NCBI RefSeq assembly: GCF_030144855.1 | Contig: NC_082715.1 | Coordinates: 146,444,001 to 146,508,000, forward strand | DNA: 64,000 nucleotides | Direction of reading: 5' to 3' | Origin: Hypanus sabinus | Lineage: Eukaryota | Part shown: one piece after another, positions 12,640-25,507 of the stretch | How positions within the stretch are numbered: position 1 is the stretch's first letter | Layout of the letters: each line of letters starts with the position of its first letter | Position numbers and translations under genes: made by a program | The notes under the pieces: generated by a model | Told to the model about the DNA's origin: nothing | Databases searched by the model: none | What the model saw: only the letters and a program-made list of their open reading frames with translations

Positions 12640-13850
12640 AGGAAAGGAAGTGACTAGTTTCCGATCAGAGTGGCCATGAAGTTGAAAGGGATTAGGGAGA
12701 TCACAAATGGATTTTTTATATCTGTCTTTACTCGAGAGACAGACACAGTGTGACGCAAAACAGTAGTGTATTCATGGACTTAAAAGTATTACAGAGGAGG
12801 AGGTGCTTAGAGTTTTGAGACAACGTAGGGTGGATATATCCCCAGGAGCTGAAGGAGTGTTCTCGGACCTTGTGGGAGGCCAGTGCAGAAAGTGCAGGGG
12901 AGCCAGCAAGCATTTTAAAATGTCCTTAGCCTCAGCTGACGGTAGCCAATTTTGTTCCTCTGTTCAAATAGCTCTCCAACAATAAGATTGGCAATTATAG
13001 ATAGGTAAGCCTAACGGTAGTTGTCGGCAGGTTATTGTACTGGATTCTGAGGGATCAGGTTTATAGGCATTTGGAGAAAAACAGAGTCTAATAATGAATA
13101 ATCAACATGGATGTGTGCAAGGTGGGTCATATCTAACCAATTATTTAGAGATTTTCGACTATGTTATGAAAAGGTTTGATGAAGGAAAGGCAGCGGATAT
13201 TGCCTACATGAACTGTAACAAGGCCCATGCCATAGGCCTCATATGGGAGGTTCTGATGAAGGTTACGACGCTTGTCATTCACTATCGGGTAGTAATATGG
13301 ATCAGATATTGGCTTCGCTGGAAAAGCCAGAGAGTCGTAGTCGATGTTTGCCTCTCTGAGTGGAGGCCTGTGTCTAGTGTCTCAGGGATGGGTGCTATAT
13401 CCGTTGTTGTTTGTCATCTATATCAACGAACCGTATCGTAATGTTGTAATCTAGGTCATCAAATTTGTGGATAACAGCAAGATCGGGGAGGTAATGAACG
13501 GCGAGTAAGGTCATTGAACCTTGCAGTGGGATCTGGAGCAGCTGGGAAAACAGGCTGAAAACGTCAGATGGTGATTATTCAAGATAACGTTAGGACAAAC
13601 TAGGCTGGCCTTACACGATGAGCTGTAGGGCACTTAGGAGTACGGTAGAGCAGAAGGAATGAAGATCCATAATTTCTTCATAGTGGCGTCGTAGTTAAGT
13701 AGCTCCATAAAAAAAGAGCTTTTGGCATATTGGCCTTCGTACATCAAAGTAAATATTGAGTACTAGAGTTGGGACGAAACTTTGATGTTGTATAAGATTT
13801 TTGCGAAACCTTATTTGGTGCATTGTATATAGTGCTAGTCACCTGCCCAT
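12640..13850 (+). mobile_element. CR1-type LINE fragments (ortholog of 3250-4350)
   Basis: ORF 13094 gives MNNQHGCVQGGSYLTNYLEIF..FDEGKAADIAY; the nucleotide sequence is similar to U1. Confidence 0.8.
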
Positions 13851-13869
13851 AGGATCATTAGAACACTAG

Positions 13870-16190
13870 AATACTACAGCACAGTACAGGCTCTTCAGCC
13901 CTCGATTTTGTGCCGATCCCTATATTCCTTTAAAAAGTACTAACCCACACTACCCCGTAAACCTCTATTTTTCTTTCATCCATGTGCCTGTCCAAGAGGC
14001 TCTTAAATACTGCTAATGTTTTAGCCTCTACCAGCATCGCTGACAAGTCATTCCAGGCACCCACAACCCTCTGTATAAAAAATTACTCCTGATATCTCCC
14101 CTAAACGTCACTCCCTTAACTTTGTACATATGCCCTCTCGTGTTTGCTATTCGTACCCTGGGAAGCAGGTACTGGCTATCCACCCTATCTATGCCTCTCA
14201 TAATCTTGTACACCTCTATCAAGTCCCCTCTCAAACTTACACGCTCCAAGGAGCAAAGTCCCAGCTCTGCTAACCTTGCCTCATACGACTTGTTTTCCAA
14301 TCCAGGCAACGTCTTTGTAAATCTCCTCTGCATGCGCTCCATAGCTTTCACATCCTTCCTATAATGAGGTAACCAGAACTGAACACAATCCTCTAAGTGT
14401 GGTCTCACCAGAGATTTGTAGAGTTGCAACATGACCTCTCTACTCTTGAATTCAACCCCCCTATGAATGAAGCCTAACATCCCATAGGCCTTCTTAACTA
14501 TCCTATCAACCTGTGCAGCAAACTTGAGCTATATATGGATTTGTACCCCAAGGTCCCTCTGTTCATCCACACTCTTAAGTAACCGACCATTAACCCTCTA
14601 CTCATCGTTCTGGTTTGTCTTTCCAAAATACATCACCTCACACTTATCCAGAATGAACTCCATCTGCAACTTTTCTGTCCAACTCCGCACACTGTCTATA
14701 TCCTCTTGTAGCCTTCGACAACCTACAGCTCCATCCACAACTCCTCCAATCTTCGTGTCATCCGCAGACTTACTCATAAATCCTTCTTCCTCTTCATCCA
14801 GGTCAATTATAAAAATCACAAGAGCAGGGATCTCAGTACTTATCCTTGTGGCAGTCCACTAGTCACCGACCTCCAGGCAGAATACTTTCCTTTCACTACT
14901 ACCCTCTGCTTTCTTCCTGTAAGCTCTTTCTTCATCCAAGTAGCCAAGGTTCCTCTGAACCCATGCCTCATGACTTTCTGGAAGAATCTCTCGTGGGGGA
15001 CCTTGTCAAATGCCTTGCTAAATCCATGTAGACCACATCTACCGCCCTACCCTCATCAATGTCTTTTGTTACCTCTTCAAAAAACTCAATTAGGGTCGTG
15101 AGGCACGACCTTCCCTTCACGAAGCCATCTTGACTATCCTTGAGTAGACTGCACTTCTCCAAATGCTCGTAGATCCTGTCCGTCAGAATCCTTTCCAATA
15201 GTTTGCAGACCAACGACGTAAGACTCACTGGTCTATAGTTCCCAGGATTCTCCCTATTACCTTTTTTAAACAAGGGAACTACATTTGCCGTTCTCCAATC
15301 CTTCGGGACCTCCCCTGCAGCCAAAGAGTATTCAAAGATCATAGCTACTGCTCCAGCGACCTCTTCCCTAACTTCCCACAGTAACCTGGTGTATATCACT
15401 TCCGGCCCTGGGAACTTATCAATCTTGATGTTTTTCAGTAGATTCAACACTTCTTCATCCTTAATTTCCACATTGCCCAGCACAGAGGCTTGTTCTATTG
15501 CGACCTCACTCCGATCAAAGTCGTTTTCACTTGTGAATACTGAAGCAAAGTATTCATTTAGGACCTCACCAACCTCCTCTGCCTCCGGCCACATGTTGCC
15601 TTCGTTATCCTTTAGTGGCCACATCTTCATTTTTGTCATCCTTCTGTTCTTCACATGCGCATAGAACGCCTTGGGGTTCTCATTAATCCTACATGCCAAG
15701 GCCTTCTCATGCCCGCTTCGAGCTCTCCTGATTCCTTTCTTAAGCTCCTTCCTGGCTATCCAAATTGTCTCATGAGTACCCCACTGCGCCTCCTGCTTTT
15801 TATATCTAACATATACTTCTCTCTTCCTCTTGACGATTTGCCTCACGTGTTTCGTCATCCACGGTTCCTTTTTCCTAACATTTTCCCCTTAAATCAGTGG
15901 GACAAACCTATCCTGAACACAGCACAAGTGGTCCGTAAACTTCCTGCACATTGCTTCTGTGCTTTCACCCTTGCAAGCCTGTTTTCAATTTACTCTTGCT
16001 AGTTCCTGCCTCATCCCCTCATAGTTAGCCCTTTTGCAGTTCAGCACTTTCTCATTTTGTCTGTCTGATTCCTTTTCCACAACTCTGCTGAAGTTAAGGG
16101 AGTTGTGGTCACTCTCACCAAAAGGCTCCCCCAGCAAGAGGTCTGCCACTTGACCAACTTCAATACCCAGAACTAGATCAAGTATGGCTT
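13870..16190 (-). mobile_element. CR1-type LINE ORF2 (partial, best-preserved copy)
   Basis: ORF 14968-15858 gives NPKAFYAHVKN..DWRTANVVPLFKKGNRENPGNYRPVSLTSLVCKLLE..GFVKGRSCLTTLIEFF; ORF 14028-14480 encodes the C-terminal region. Confidence 0.92.
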
Positions 16191-16239
16191 CTCCTCTTCA
16201 ACCACCAAGAAATCTGTAGATACTGGAAATTCAAGCAAC

Positions 16240-17169
16240 TGTTAAGTACCCCGTAACTGTGTGTCTGACCAGCAGAGAAAGAAGAATCCGTTGGAGTCTG
16301 GTGGTATTATATTCTAAAGTGTTTATTAGTAAGATAAGGAATATCAATAATGCAAATATATAGATAACATAAGTTAGCAATAATAACCCTAAAAGTGTAG
16401 GAATAATAAGCAATAATAAACAAGCTCTATCGATCTCTAGGGGTAAATGAATTGTTAAAGAATATAAAGTTCAGTTCAGTTCATGCATGTTGAGGTAGAT
16501 ATGGTTGTTGTGTTGTAATCGTTGGAGAGAGAGAATGAGCGAGCAAGAAGTAACAGCTGCAGCAGTCAAACCTTCCTTTGCATTCTTGATCCGTTGTGTC
16601 GTTGTGGCCATACAGTTATGACCCCTCTGTCCTTCAGCTAGACCGTTCTTCTGTGGTGGACTCGTCACTCTGGCATGAGTGGACACACACACAAGTCCCC
16701 ACAGGCCCTGCTAATACACTGTGAGTTTAACTGACCGATCTCTTTGTTCGGTCTCCGATGCCCCACGCCTTCCCGTGGGTTCCAACAGTCAATCGGTGTC
16801 CACTAGTGTTCATCCTGGTGTGTCTGAAGGGTGACTCTCCAGTCCTGACTTTTATCCCTACTCACAGGGTCTCAGCTATCGATCAATTTTGAATGGCTGT
16901 GTCCATCAAACCAGCCCACACCGGCTGTCCACTGAGGAATGTAAATGAACAGGATGGTATAAGACAAATAACCCTCGCAGAAGACAAAATACGGTAAACC
17001 AACAAGACTCTCTCCCCCGTCTTATCTGTAGCAGATGTTCTTACATGTTTCTTTTCCATCTCTCTCTCATGAGCAGCATAGCAAAGGTAAGGGTTTGTGA
17101 TTCTCCCGGGGGAAGATATGGGTAACTCTGCACTCTTCTTCCCATCAGAACTGTTCATCTTTCATAACA
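16240..17169. mobile_element. Solo LTR (930 bp), TG...CA ends, 4-bp TSD CAAC
   Basis: Ends are tgtta...taaca; caac occurs at 16236-16239 and 17170-17173. The empty site caagcaacacacacaaaatg is in U3 (~37660). Confidence 0.85.
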
Positions 17170-19119
17170 CAACACACACAAAATGCTGGTGGAACTCAGC
17201 AGGCTTGGCAGCATCTATAAGGAGAAGCACTGTCGACGTTTCGAGCCGAGATCCTTTGTCAGGACGAAGGGTCTCGGCCCGAAGCGTTGACTGCTCGTTT
17301 CCACGGATGCTGCCCGACCTGCTGAGTTCCTCCAGTACGTGCTGATTTGACCACAGCATCTGCAGTGTACTTTGTGTTGTCTACATTTATGTTTTGTCCC
17401 CTCTCTGTCCTTCCTCAGCAACTCAGAGCACAGAGCATCATGCTCTTGTCCTTCCACCCTGATTTCTGCACTTACATTCTTATTCCAAACCCCTGCTAAA
17501 CTACAAACGTTTGTAGTTTAAACACTCCCCAACAGCTGTAGCAAACCTGCCCACCAGGACATCGGTCGCTTTCCAGTTCAGACCCGTCCTTTGGTACAGG
17601 TTAGACCTTCTCCAGAAGAGATCACAATACGATATCAATAATATTGAAAGAGTACAGAGAACATTTACAAGGATTTTACTGACACTTAACCTGAATTATA
17701 GGGAGAGTTTGAATAGGTTTTGACGCCATTAGCTGCAGCAAAGGAGAATGATTGATGATTTGATGGAGATACATAAAATAATCAGATATACAGACAATAT
17801 AAATGCAAACTGGGGTTTTCCACTAAAATTGAGTGAAATTAGAACTAGTGATGATGGATCAAAGATGAAATGATTAAATGAAGCATGAGGGGAAAGTCTT
17901 TACTCGGACTGTAGTGGGAGTATGCAACGAACTGACAGCGAAAAGATTGGGTGTGGGTTCTATTTCAACATTCATCAGCAATATACATAGGCACATGGAT
18001 GGGAGTGTATGGAGAACAACGCCCTGGTGACTAGTCCGCGTAATAGTTCAGCTAGATGGGCTGAAGAGCCTGCTTCTGTGCAGTAGTGGTCTATAATAGT
18101 ATCTATACGTTTCGGAAGGTTTAAAGAACTGGCTGCAATAGTTTCAATTTGGGTTCTGGTTAGCATGAACAGTTCATGTATTTCACTGGAATTCGAAACG
18201 AAAAACCTGGTAACCACGATTATTTTTAAAAATATTAAAATGACCCTTCGGTTTGAATGATTTTAAATCTGTGATTTTAAAAATAAAGATCTAACGTAAA
18301 ATGACTATTTCAGCACGTTCAAGTTGTGGACTTACGAAGGAATAACAATTGGAGCAAGCTGACCAGATCTCCCGTCTTTGGTTTCTGTCATGTCTCGACT
18401 CCCTTGAATCTCTTAAAGATCTTTCGATCTCAACCTACTTGGGAATCGATAAAATTTCTAAGGAAGCTAACTTGCCTGCTAACAAAGATTTTTAGATGTT
18501 TCAATAACATTACCTCCCTTTCATCTAAATGCCATAGAAAACAGGCCGTATGTATTCATTCACATAAACTCGCACTTATTCTGGAAGCAAAATCTGCTGC
18601 ACTTCACACAATATGAGGATCGTCACAGACCCACTAATTTCGCCACTTCTATATTCATAAATCGTCCTCGGTTGAATGTGTTCCTTCATGACAGATGACT
18701 GTGCACTTTCTTTTACATCAGGGCAATATCATTTTAGAGAGATTTAAAATATATTTCTGGTTCATTCGGAACTCGAAAGAAAATCCATGAAAACATGTTG
18801 CATATCAGACTGGATCTTTAATGTTATTGGGTAGCTGTGGTCGAATTTATCAGCCGTCTGGCAAGAACCAATAATGCAATCTTCAGATTACGATTATTTC
18901 AAGAACATCTGGGAATGCCTTTAACTAAGACTAATTAACAATGGAGTTTGAATTAAGAATTATACTCAGTTAATAGAATGGCATTTAAACCTGACAAAAC
19001 TTAAGTGACGAATCTGAACGCAAACACTGAACTGCAAAAGGAAATTTTTAAAGCTATTTTAATGAAGGAAAAAACGGACAAAATAATATTTTCATCTTTA
19101 TTAAGTTTGAAATATAGTT

Positions 19120-19442
19120 TTAGATACAGCTGGATCTCTCGATCGTTGCTACAAATGGGTTTGCTAAAGCCTCGTGTTTAACCACGCAGGAGTAACGCTC
19201 GTGTGAGCTCCATTCTGAGGCTGGCAGAGTCAGGTAACTGCTCACACTGAACGTGTTGTCCGTGTCCTGAAGGACAGGGCTCGTCTCAACGCCATCGCTT
19301 TTCGTACGTCTGTCCACGGTCCACTCAATGCCCACAGCTCCCGGATTAAAACGGCTCACCAAACATACCAGTGTCGCTGTACCCTTTCCCGTAATTTCTT
19401 CGTCTGAAGGCCGGAGGACACTGACAGCGGGGGTCCGAGGAT
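19120..19442 (-). CDS. Ig light chain constant exon, cluster U2 (type I/NS5-like)
   Basis: AG at 19444-19443; 323 nt; (N)PRTPAVSVLRPSDEEITGKGTATLVCLVSRFNPGAVGIEWTVD...YSCVVKHEALANPFVATIERSSCI*. Both Ig Cys, the Trp and the penultimate inter-chain Cys are present. AATAAA at 19097-19102. Confidence 0.97.
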
Positions 19443-20169
19443 CTGTTTAAAACAAGGTGCCAGTTAAGTATAGGTTGAGTAACTGTTTCTGTTAAAACAT
19501 TTCTCTTGTTTAAAATGCATTTGGTATTTCAAGTATTCCTTCATCGTAATGATCAAATACTTGTTTTTCGTTTTACCATTTCAATCTGTTAAATTAGACG
19601 TGAAAAAATTACCACCTAAAATCTCTCGTGATATTTGTTTTTCGTGATGCTGGGGCACAATATGTATAATGGCGTAAAATGAATGATATGATTTCAGCTG
19701 GGGTTTTTAACCAGCATTGAATGAATGAATTTAATTTATTTCGGTCAGTACAAAGAAAAAAAAAGCATAATTTACAACGATGATTTCATGGGACAAAACT
19801 ACAACAAGAAACATAGATATTCTTTAAGACAGACCAAAAGGGCTTATTACGCCTAGTCCTCTTACTTACACAACTACATATTTGGCGTCATTCATCACAT
19901 CAAAAAAAAAATCATAATGTTTTTACACAAAATCCAGTTCGAAATATCATATATTTATATTACTCCCATTCATTTTAAATCATGTATTTTATATTTGTTC
20001 ATTAAATAATTCTTAAATACTTTTTTAAACTTAAGTGTAGTGCATTTGTTTAAATTCTTTCTCCAATGGTTTCATAGATTCACCCCTCTGACTGAAATAC
20101 AATGATTTTCCAAAGTAAGAGAGAAATAATACAGTTTAAAACATAAAATACTAAAAGGCGTTTGCTGAT

Positions 20170-20810
20170 AACCATTTAACAATTTCAGCACGTAAACAGG
20201 CCATCTCAGCGTTTCTAGTCCCTGCCGAACACTTATTCTCACCTAGACCCACCTACCTGCACTCACCCTATAAACCTCCATTCCTTTCCTGTCCATATAC
20301 TTATCCAATTTTTTTATTAAATGGCAAAATGGAACCTGAGTTTTACCACTTCTACGGGAATCTCGTTCCACACAGCTACCACTCTGAGTAAAGAAGTTCC
20401 CCCTTCTGTTACCCCTAAATTTTTGCCCCTTAACTCTTAACTCATGTCCTTTTGATTGCATCTACCCTACTCTCAATAGAAAAAACCTATCCACTTCAAC
20501 TCTATCTGTCCCCCTCATAATTTTAAATACCTCTGTCAAGTCCTCCCTCAACCTTCTACACTCCAAAGAATAAAGACCTAACTTGTTCAGGCTTTCTCTG
20601 TAACTTAGGTGCTGAAATTCAGGCAACATTCTAGTAAATCTGCTCTGTACTTTGTCTATTTTGTTGACATCTTTCCTATAATTCGGTGACAAGAACTGTG
20701 CACAATACTCCAAATTTGGCCTCTCCAATGCCTTGTACAATTTTAACATTACATCCCAACTCCTATACTCAATGCTCTGATTTATAAAGGCCAGCATACC
20801 AAAAGCAATA
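20170..20810 (-). mobile_element. CR1 3'-end fragment inside the J-C intron (orthologs ~11260-11415 and ~42690-43330)
   Basis: ORF 20462-20899 gives LYKALERPNLEYCAQFLSPNYRKDVNKIDKVQSRFTRMLP..LECRRLREDL. Confidence 0.85.
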
Positions 20811-21132
20811 AAGATTGAGAATTTCCATTCTAATGTCCGCGAGCCACTCTTCGAAGCCCGTTCTGGTCTTAAATGGTGCAAGTTTGTTTCAGATTCCATT
20901 CAGATTCAAATTTAACTCTAAACAACAAAACACTGAAGGCTGGTTTTAAAATACCTTAGCGGTTTAATATAAACATTTAACGGCTCAAACTGCTAATAAA
21001 AATATATATAAAACAGGACAAGGATTAATCTAGCAGTTAGTCGTCTCAGTGACATCTCAATGATTCTCTCTATAATTGAAGGACTAATTGATCCGTTGTT
21101 TCTGATATTCTCTTTATTTGGGCACCTCAAGA

Positions 21133-21140
21133 ATTTGCAT
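21133..21140. promoter_or_regulatory. Intronic octamer ATTTGCAT (candidate J-C intron enhancer); ortholog at 43661-43668
   Basis: Perfect octamer ~660 bp into the J-C intron in both intact clusters. Function is inferred. Confidence 0.5.
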
Positions 21141-21804
21141 TAACTGTCTTGTCCATCATTATCCATGTCTCTGATGGCAAATATGGTATGTTTTGTTATT
21201 TCTTCGAAAAATGTAAGGAGACACACGAACAACTTGACCAAGGTGACGAATGATTTTTAAAAATTCATATTTTCAGCGTGTCGGAGATAACTTTATACTG
21301 AGGAAAATTTCAGAAAGATTATAGCTTATTGCATTGGAACCAATCACCTTCATCATCTATCTTTCTTCGTCTATGCAACTTTGTGATTTTTAAAGAACAT
21401 TCCAGGGTCCAGTGATCAGTAGCTAGCAGATAGATTAGGGTTCTGACGGGCTTCAGCCCAAAATGGTGTCATCAGCAAAGGTGCATTCACCAACTGATAC
21501 AATTAAAATTCGGGAATTTAGGATTATACTTATATACTAACGATCGAAATAATTCTGCACTTGGTTTATCAATTAGCATTTCGGCTTCTACAAAGCCAGC
21601 TCAAACTAAAGAAACACCAGGACGGCCGGCTTAAGCGCGGTTTGGCCACGCGTGTCAATTAAATTATCAAAGGACAGTTACCTGTGGCTGGATATTTGAA
21701 AACAACCACCATTTGTTTCGAAGCCACCCTTAGACGACACAGTTTTAATTATTGTTCACGTAAGTACCAAAAGGACAAGCGCATTGATTTGATATTTTAC
21801 TTAC

Positions 21805-22149
21805 TGCCAACTCCCAGCCTCGTTCCTTTCCCGAAGATTACAGCATCTTTCCAGACAGCACAGTAATAGTCTGCCGCATCCTCCGACTGGACGCTCGATA
21901 TTGTCAATGTTGCCGTGTTGCCGGATATTGAGCCGCCGAAACGGTTCGGAACTCCGGAGCCTCTGCTAATGCTGCTCCCCGAATAATAGTAGAACAGATA
22001 CCGAGGAACTTTTCCGGGGATCTGCTGGTACCAGGAAACATAGCTACTTCCTAAAGAGGTTCCAGACATGGTGCAGGGTATTTGGACGGTCTGCCCCGGA
22101 GATGTGGATTTCGAAGGTGGTTGATTCATTGTAACTTCCGCGTTGATAT
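21805..22149 (-). CDS. Germline-joined VJ exon, cluster U2
   Basis: AG at 22151-22150 and donor GTAAGT at 21804-21799; 345 nt. It reads (Y)[53 protein letters not shown]. The V runs directly into the FGxG J motif with no RSS. Confidence 0.97.
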
Positions 22150-22273
22150 CTGGAAACATTCGGAGGGAAGAAACAATGTACTGAGATTAATATTCGAGTA
22201 ATACCAGAAGTGCGAGAAGAATATCATTGAATAGTATTCGAGATTCAATATAATATCCATAAAAAATACTCAC

Positions 22274-22322
22274 AAATTGCAGTGAACACCAGCGTACTGA
22301 CTACACGAACCCAGCAAGACAT
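22274..22322 (-). CDS. Leader exon, cluster U2
   Basis: ATG at 22322; MSCWVRVVSTLVFTAI+T, then GTGAGT (phase 1) and a 124-nt intron. L+VJ+C = 717 nt = 238 aa plus stop. Confidence 0.93.
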
Positions 22323-22431
22323 CGTAATTAATTGAGTGAAGATCACACAAGGTGCGGCGGTTAAGTGGCGTCTCAACTTTTCAGCTCGCTTATGAATCCT
22401 GTGACGAGCTGGCACTGCGTGTTCCTTATTT

Positions 22432-22441
22432 ATGCAAATCA
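22432..22441 (-). promoter_or_regulatory. IgL promoter octamer/decamer TGATTTGCAT
   Basis: ATTTGCAT on the sense strand 110 nt upstream of the leader ATG, which is the light-chain orientation. Spacing is identical in U3. Confidence 0.9.
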
Positions 22442-23039
22442 GTTCAAACAGAATGGCACATTGACACCAATCACAAGTTGACAATTTTTTCCTGTGTCAA
22501 ATTAATGTCCGGGTTTTAGCCGGCAAAGCACTTGGTTTCGAGTTGTGTATTTCGCCAATATATTTTAAATAAAGAACTTCTCTCGTCCCTTCAGTTGCAC
22601 GCGATATTAAAAACACGCAAAGCTCGCTCCATTATTAAAGATGGTGTGTCCGAGATTTTTGAAAGCAAGTGATGATGAAAGAAGTACTGGCAGTTATTAA
22701 CGGGTTTGTCGGATTGTCAATGAAGTCCAAGACACTTATCTGTATATTTGTTGAAAATTCAATACCAAACCGATGTAAGGAGCTTGGAAAGATTTTGGAA
22801 AGCTTATTTTTCAGCAGCCACTAATCACTCCACTTTACTGAAGATATTCAGAAGGAAAATTGAGAGAGGTATTGAATCGAACAGACTGCTTATTACGTGT
22901 TGCGAATAATTAAAAGTGAATCAATTGGATTCAGCTGGTGCCGAGGGTCGTTCACTACAAATTCTGTAAAACTTAAGTCAATCTGGGGAACTATATTTGC
23001 AGGTGGCTTAGACCATTTAATGTACACAGCCTGCGGCAA

Positions 23040-23400
23040 GGTGAAGATACGTCTCTGCCTAAGGAGATATAAGTCGACCCGTCCCACCGCTAGCCTACAG
23101 GTCACCCTGAGGTAATGTGTCGCAGCTGCTCAGCTCCGCGATCAATGTCACGTGAAGCAGGCTAGCAGGCATGGTAAGGTCGTATGAGCAACTGGTGCAT
23201 AGCAGATGGCCTGGCTTAGCGACCACTGACCCCAGGCAGACAGTCTCTGAAGAGTATTGACAATGGCTGTGTTCAAACGACTTAAAAAGATACTGCCCCG
23301 GAGAAAGCAATGGCAACCACTTCTGTAGAAAAATTGCAAAGAATAATCATGAGATAGATCGCCCAAGTCATACAACAGTGCAAATAATGCTCATGATGTG
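23040..23400 (+). mobile_element. SINE with an RTE-like tail; orthologs ~45575-45935 and ~58730-59100
   Basis: Contains ggaga(a)gcaatggc(a/t)aaccacttc, which resembles RTE/BovB-type 3' sequence, and ends in a (tga)n-like tail. Classification is tentative. Confidence 0.45.
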
Positions 23401-23753
23401 TTTATAAGTATTAAGCAGACATTCTGGAAGTGAATGTCTTATTTTTATCCGTCTCACAGATCAGGCAGTACAGGGAAACAAATGCTTCGGTCTTAATAAT
23501 CGTCAAAACAACGAACATAGCAAATTATGAACGACATAGGTTTGGGACATGAAGAGCTATTAGCAGAATAATGCAGTGTAGATCAAGTATATAAGCCATG
23601 AATGTTGTTATCCTATTTTCAGAGACTTCCCTCACTCCTCAGAGAAGAGAAGAATAAACTCCACAGTTTTGTGTCATTTTCAGGGGCATAAAAAGAGAGG
23701 AAGTTTAACACAATGGAATTGAAAGCGACAGATAGAATAGATTATGCCAGGCC

Positions 23754-25507
23754 CAAAAGGCATAAAACAATTGTCCAAAAATAAATCAGAAAATCTTAGC
23801 AATCCCTTAGTTTTCCAAGCCAAATAAGCTTGATCTATAATGGAAGGGTGGAAAAAGCAATGAAATACAATAGCACTATTTAAAGCGAATTGAGTCAACC
23901 TGAAAATTTCCGAAATTGAAACCATATACGTAAAGTATGTTTAACTATCGGGTTGTCAATTCGTTTCGGCAATTTAGAGAGAGCAAAAGGGAGAGAAATC
24001 CCTAAAATAGAACCCAGAGCATAACCTGATACAGATTTAATTTCTAAACTCATCCAATGAGGGCCAAAAGATCCACCCCAATCTTTCAATCAGCATGACA
24101 AATATCTAATATTAACTGCCCAATAATAAAATCTGAAATTAGGTAATGCTAACCCGCCTTCCTTCTTTGTCTTCTGTAAATATAATTTACCTAACCTGGG
24201 ATTTTTATTTTGCCATATATATGAGAAATATATATATATATATATTGGACAATTGTTTTATGCCTTTTGAGCAATTATCCAACAAATATAACTTGCCTAG
24301 ATTTCATTTTTTTAGATTTTTACAGATTAGACATTTTTTTAAGTACTGTACTCTCTACGTTTCCAAATTTTGTGCCTTCAAATATTTTGGAGAGTTTGTT
24401 TGAATTAGACCCTTTTCAAAAAGGGCTTATTTCAAAACTTTATAATATAATTATGAAGATACGTTCAGAGCCCCTTTCTAAGACCAAAAAGGGTTGGGAA
24501 AGAGAGCTTAACCTTATTATTCCTAGTGAGAATTGGGATAGAGTTCTTCAATTAGTTAATACATCATCGATATGTGCCAAACATTCATTAATACAATTTA
24601 AGGTCGTACATAGGGCCCATATGTCCAAGGATAAATTAGCTCATTTTTACTCTTATATAAATCCTATTTGTGATAGATGTCAATCTGAAGTCGCGTCTCT
24701 AACTCATATGTTTTGGTCATGTTCGCTTTTGAAAAAATATTGGAAAGATATTTTTGATATTATTTCTGCAGTTTTGAATATTAATTTACAACCTCATCCT
24801 ATTACCGCAATTTTTGGTTTGCCAATGATGGACTCACTGCATTTATCTTCTTCCGCTCGTCGAATGATTGCATTTCTAACTCTGATGGCTAGAAGAATTG
24901 AATTGGAAGGAAATTATCCCTCCCACTGTATTTAATTGGTCTCTCAAACTATGTTATGTTTAAATTTAGAAAAAATTAGAAGTGGTGTTTTTGATACTTC
25001 TATTAAATTTGAAAAGATATGGAGACCATTTATTCAATATTTTCATATGATGTAATATGACCCCGTTCCAAGGTCATTTCACTTTCCAGCTTTTAGCTTA
25101 TGTGTGTTGAGAGGACCGGAAGTGACGGCATTGATGTTTATTTATTCTTGTGAGATACTACAAACAGCCCTTTTTTTCTCCCAACGTTTCTATTTCTTCT
25201 TTTTTTATTGCTTCTTTTTTCTTCTTTATTAGTCATTAGATTAGTAGATTAGTTAATTTTGCATTATATATATGTTTTTTTCTTTTTTCTGTTTTTTTAT
25301 ATCATATATTATGTAATATCTAGGCTTACCATGTTCATACATATACTATATGGTTTATGTCTTGGTAAAGCCATTTATACTGTAACTATTGTTTATGTCT
25401 TTTTTCATCTGTGAATTTGTTTGTTTGTAATGTTTTTATGGATATATAATTTGTATTTTGTCCTCATTATTAATAATAATAATAAAAAGATTGAGAAAGA
25501 ATGAAAA
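23754..25507 (+). mobile_element. 5'-truncated L1-clade LINE with 5' inversion and 15-bp TSD
   Basis: TSD AGATTATGCCAGGCC at 23739-23753 and 25508-25522. ORF2 C-terminus includes CDRC..HMFWSC and LEKIR..FEKIWRPF. The 23754-~24230 segment is inverted. Absent from U3. Confidence 0.9.

Noticed and set aside
12744-12775. CACAGTG heptamers (also ~32955, ~48365, and CACAGTA ~60728) as possible RSSs
   Set aside because: They lie in CR1 remnants, have no good ACAAAAACC nonamer at 12 or 23 spacing, and have no adjacent V or J segment.
14122-14862. Recurrent plus-strand ORFs (e.g. MYICPLVFAIR.., MSYIWICTPRSLC..) conserved across units
   Set aside because: They are antisense reading frames of the CR1 copies, conserved only because the units are duplicated.
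21859-21865. Cryptic heptamer TACTGTG (CACAGTA on plus) at the V FR3 end, as used in VH replacement
   Set aside because: It is dictated by the YYCA codons, and there is no nonamer-like sequence at 12 or 23 nt spacing.
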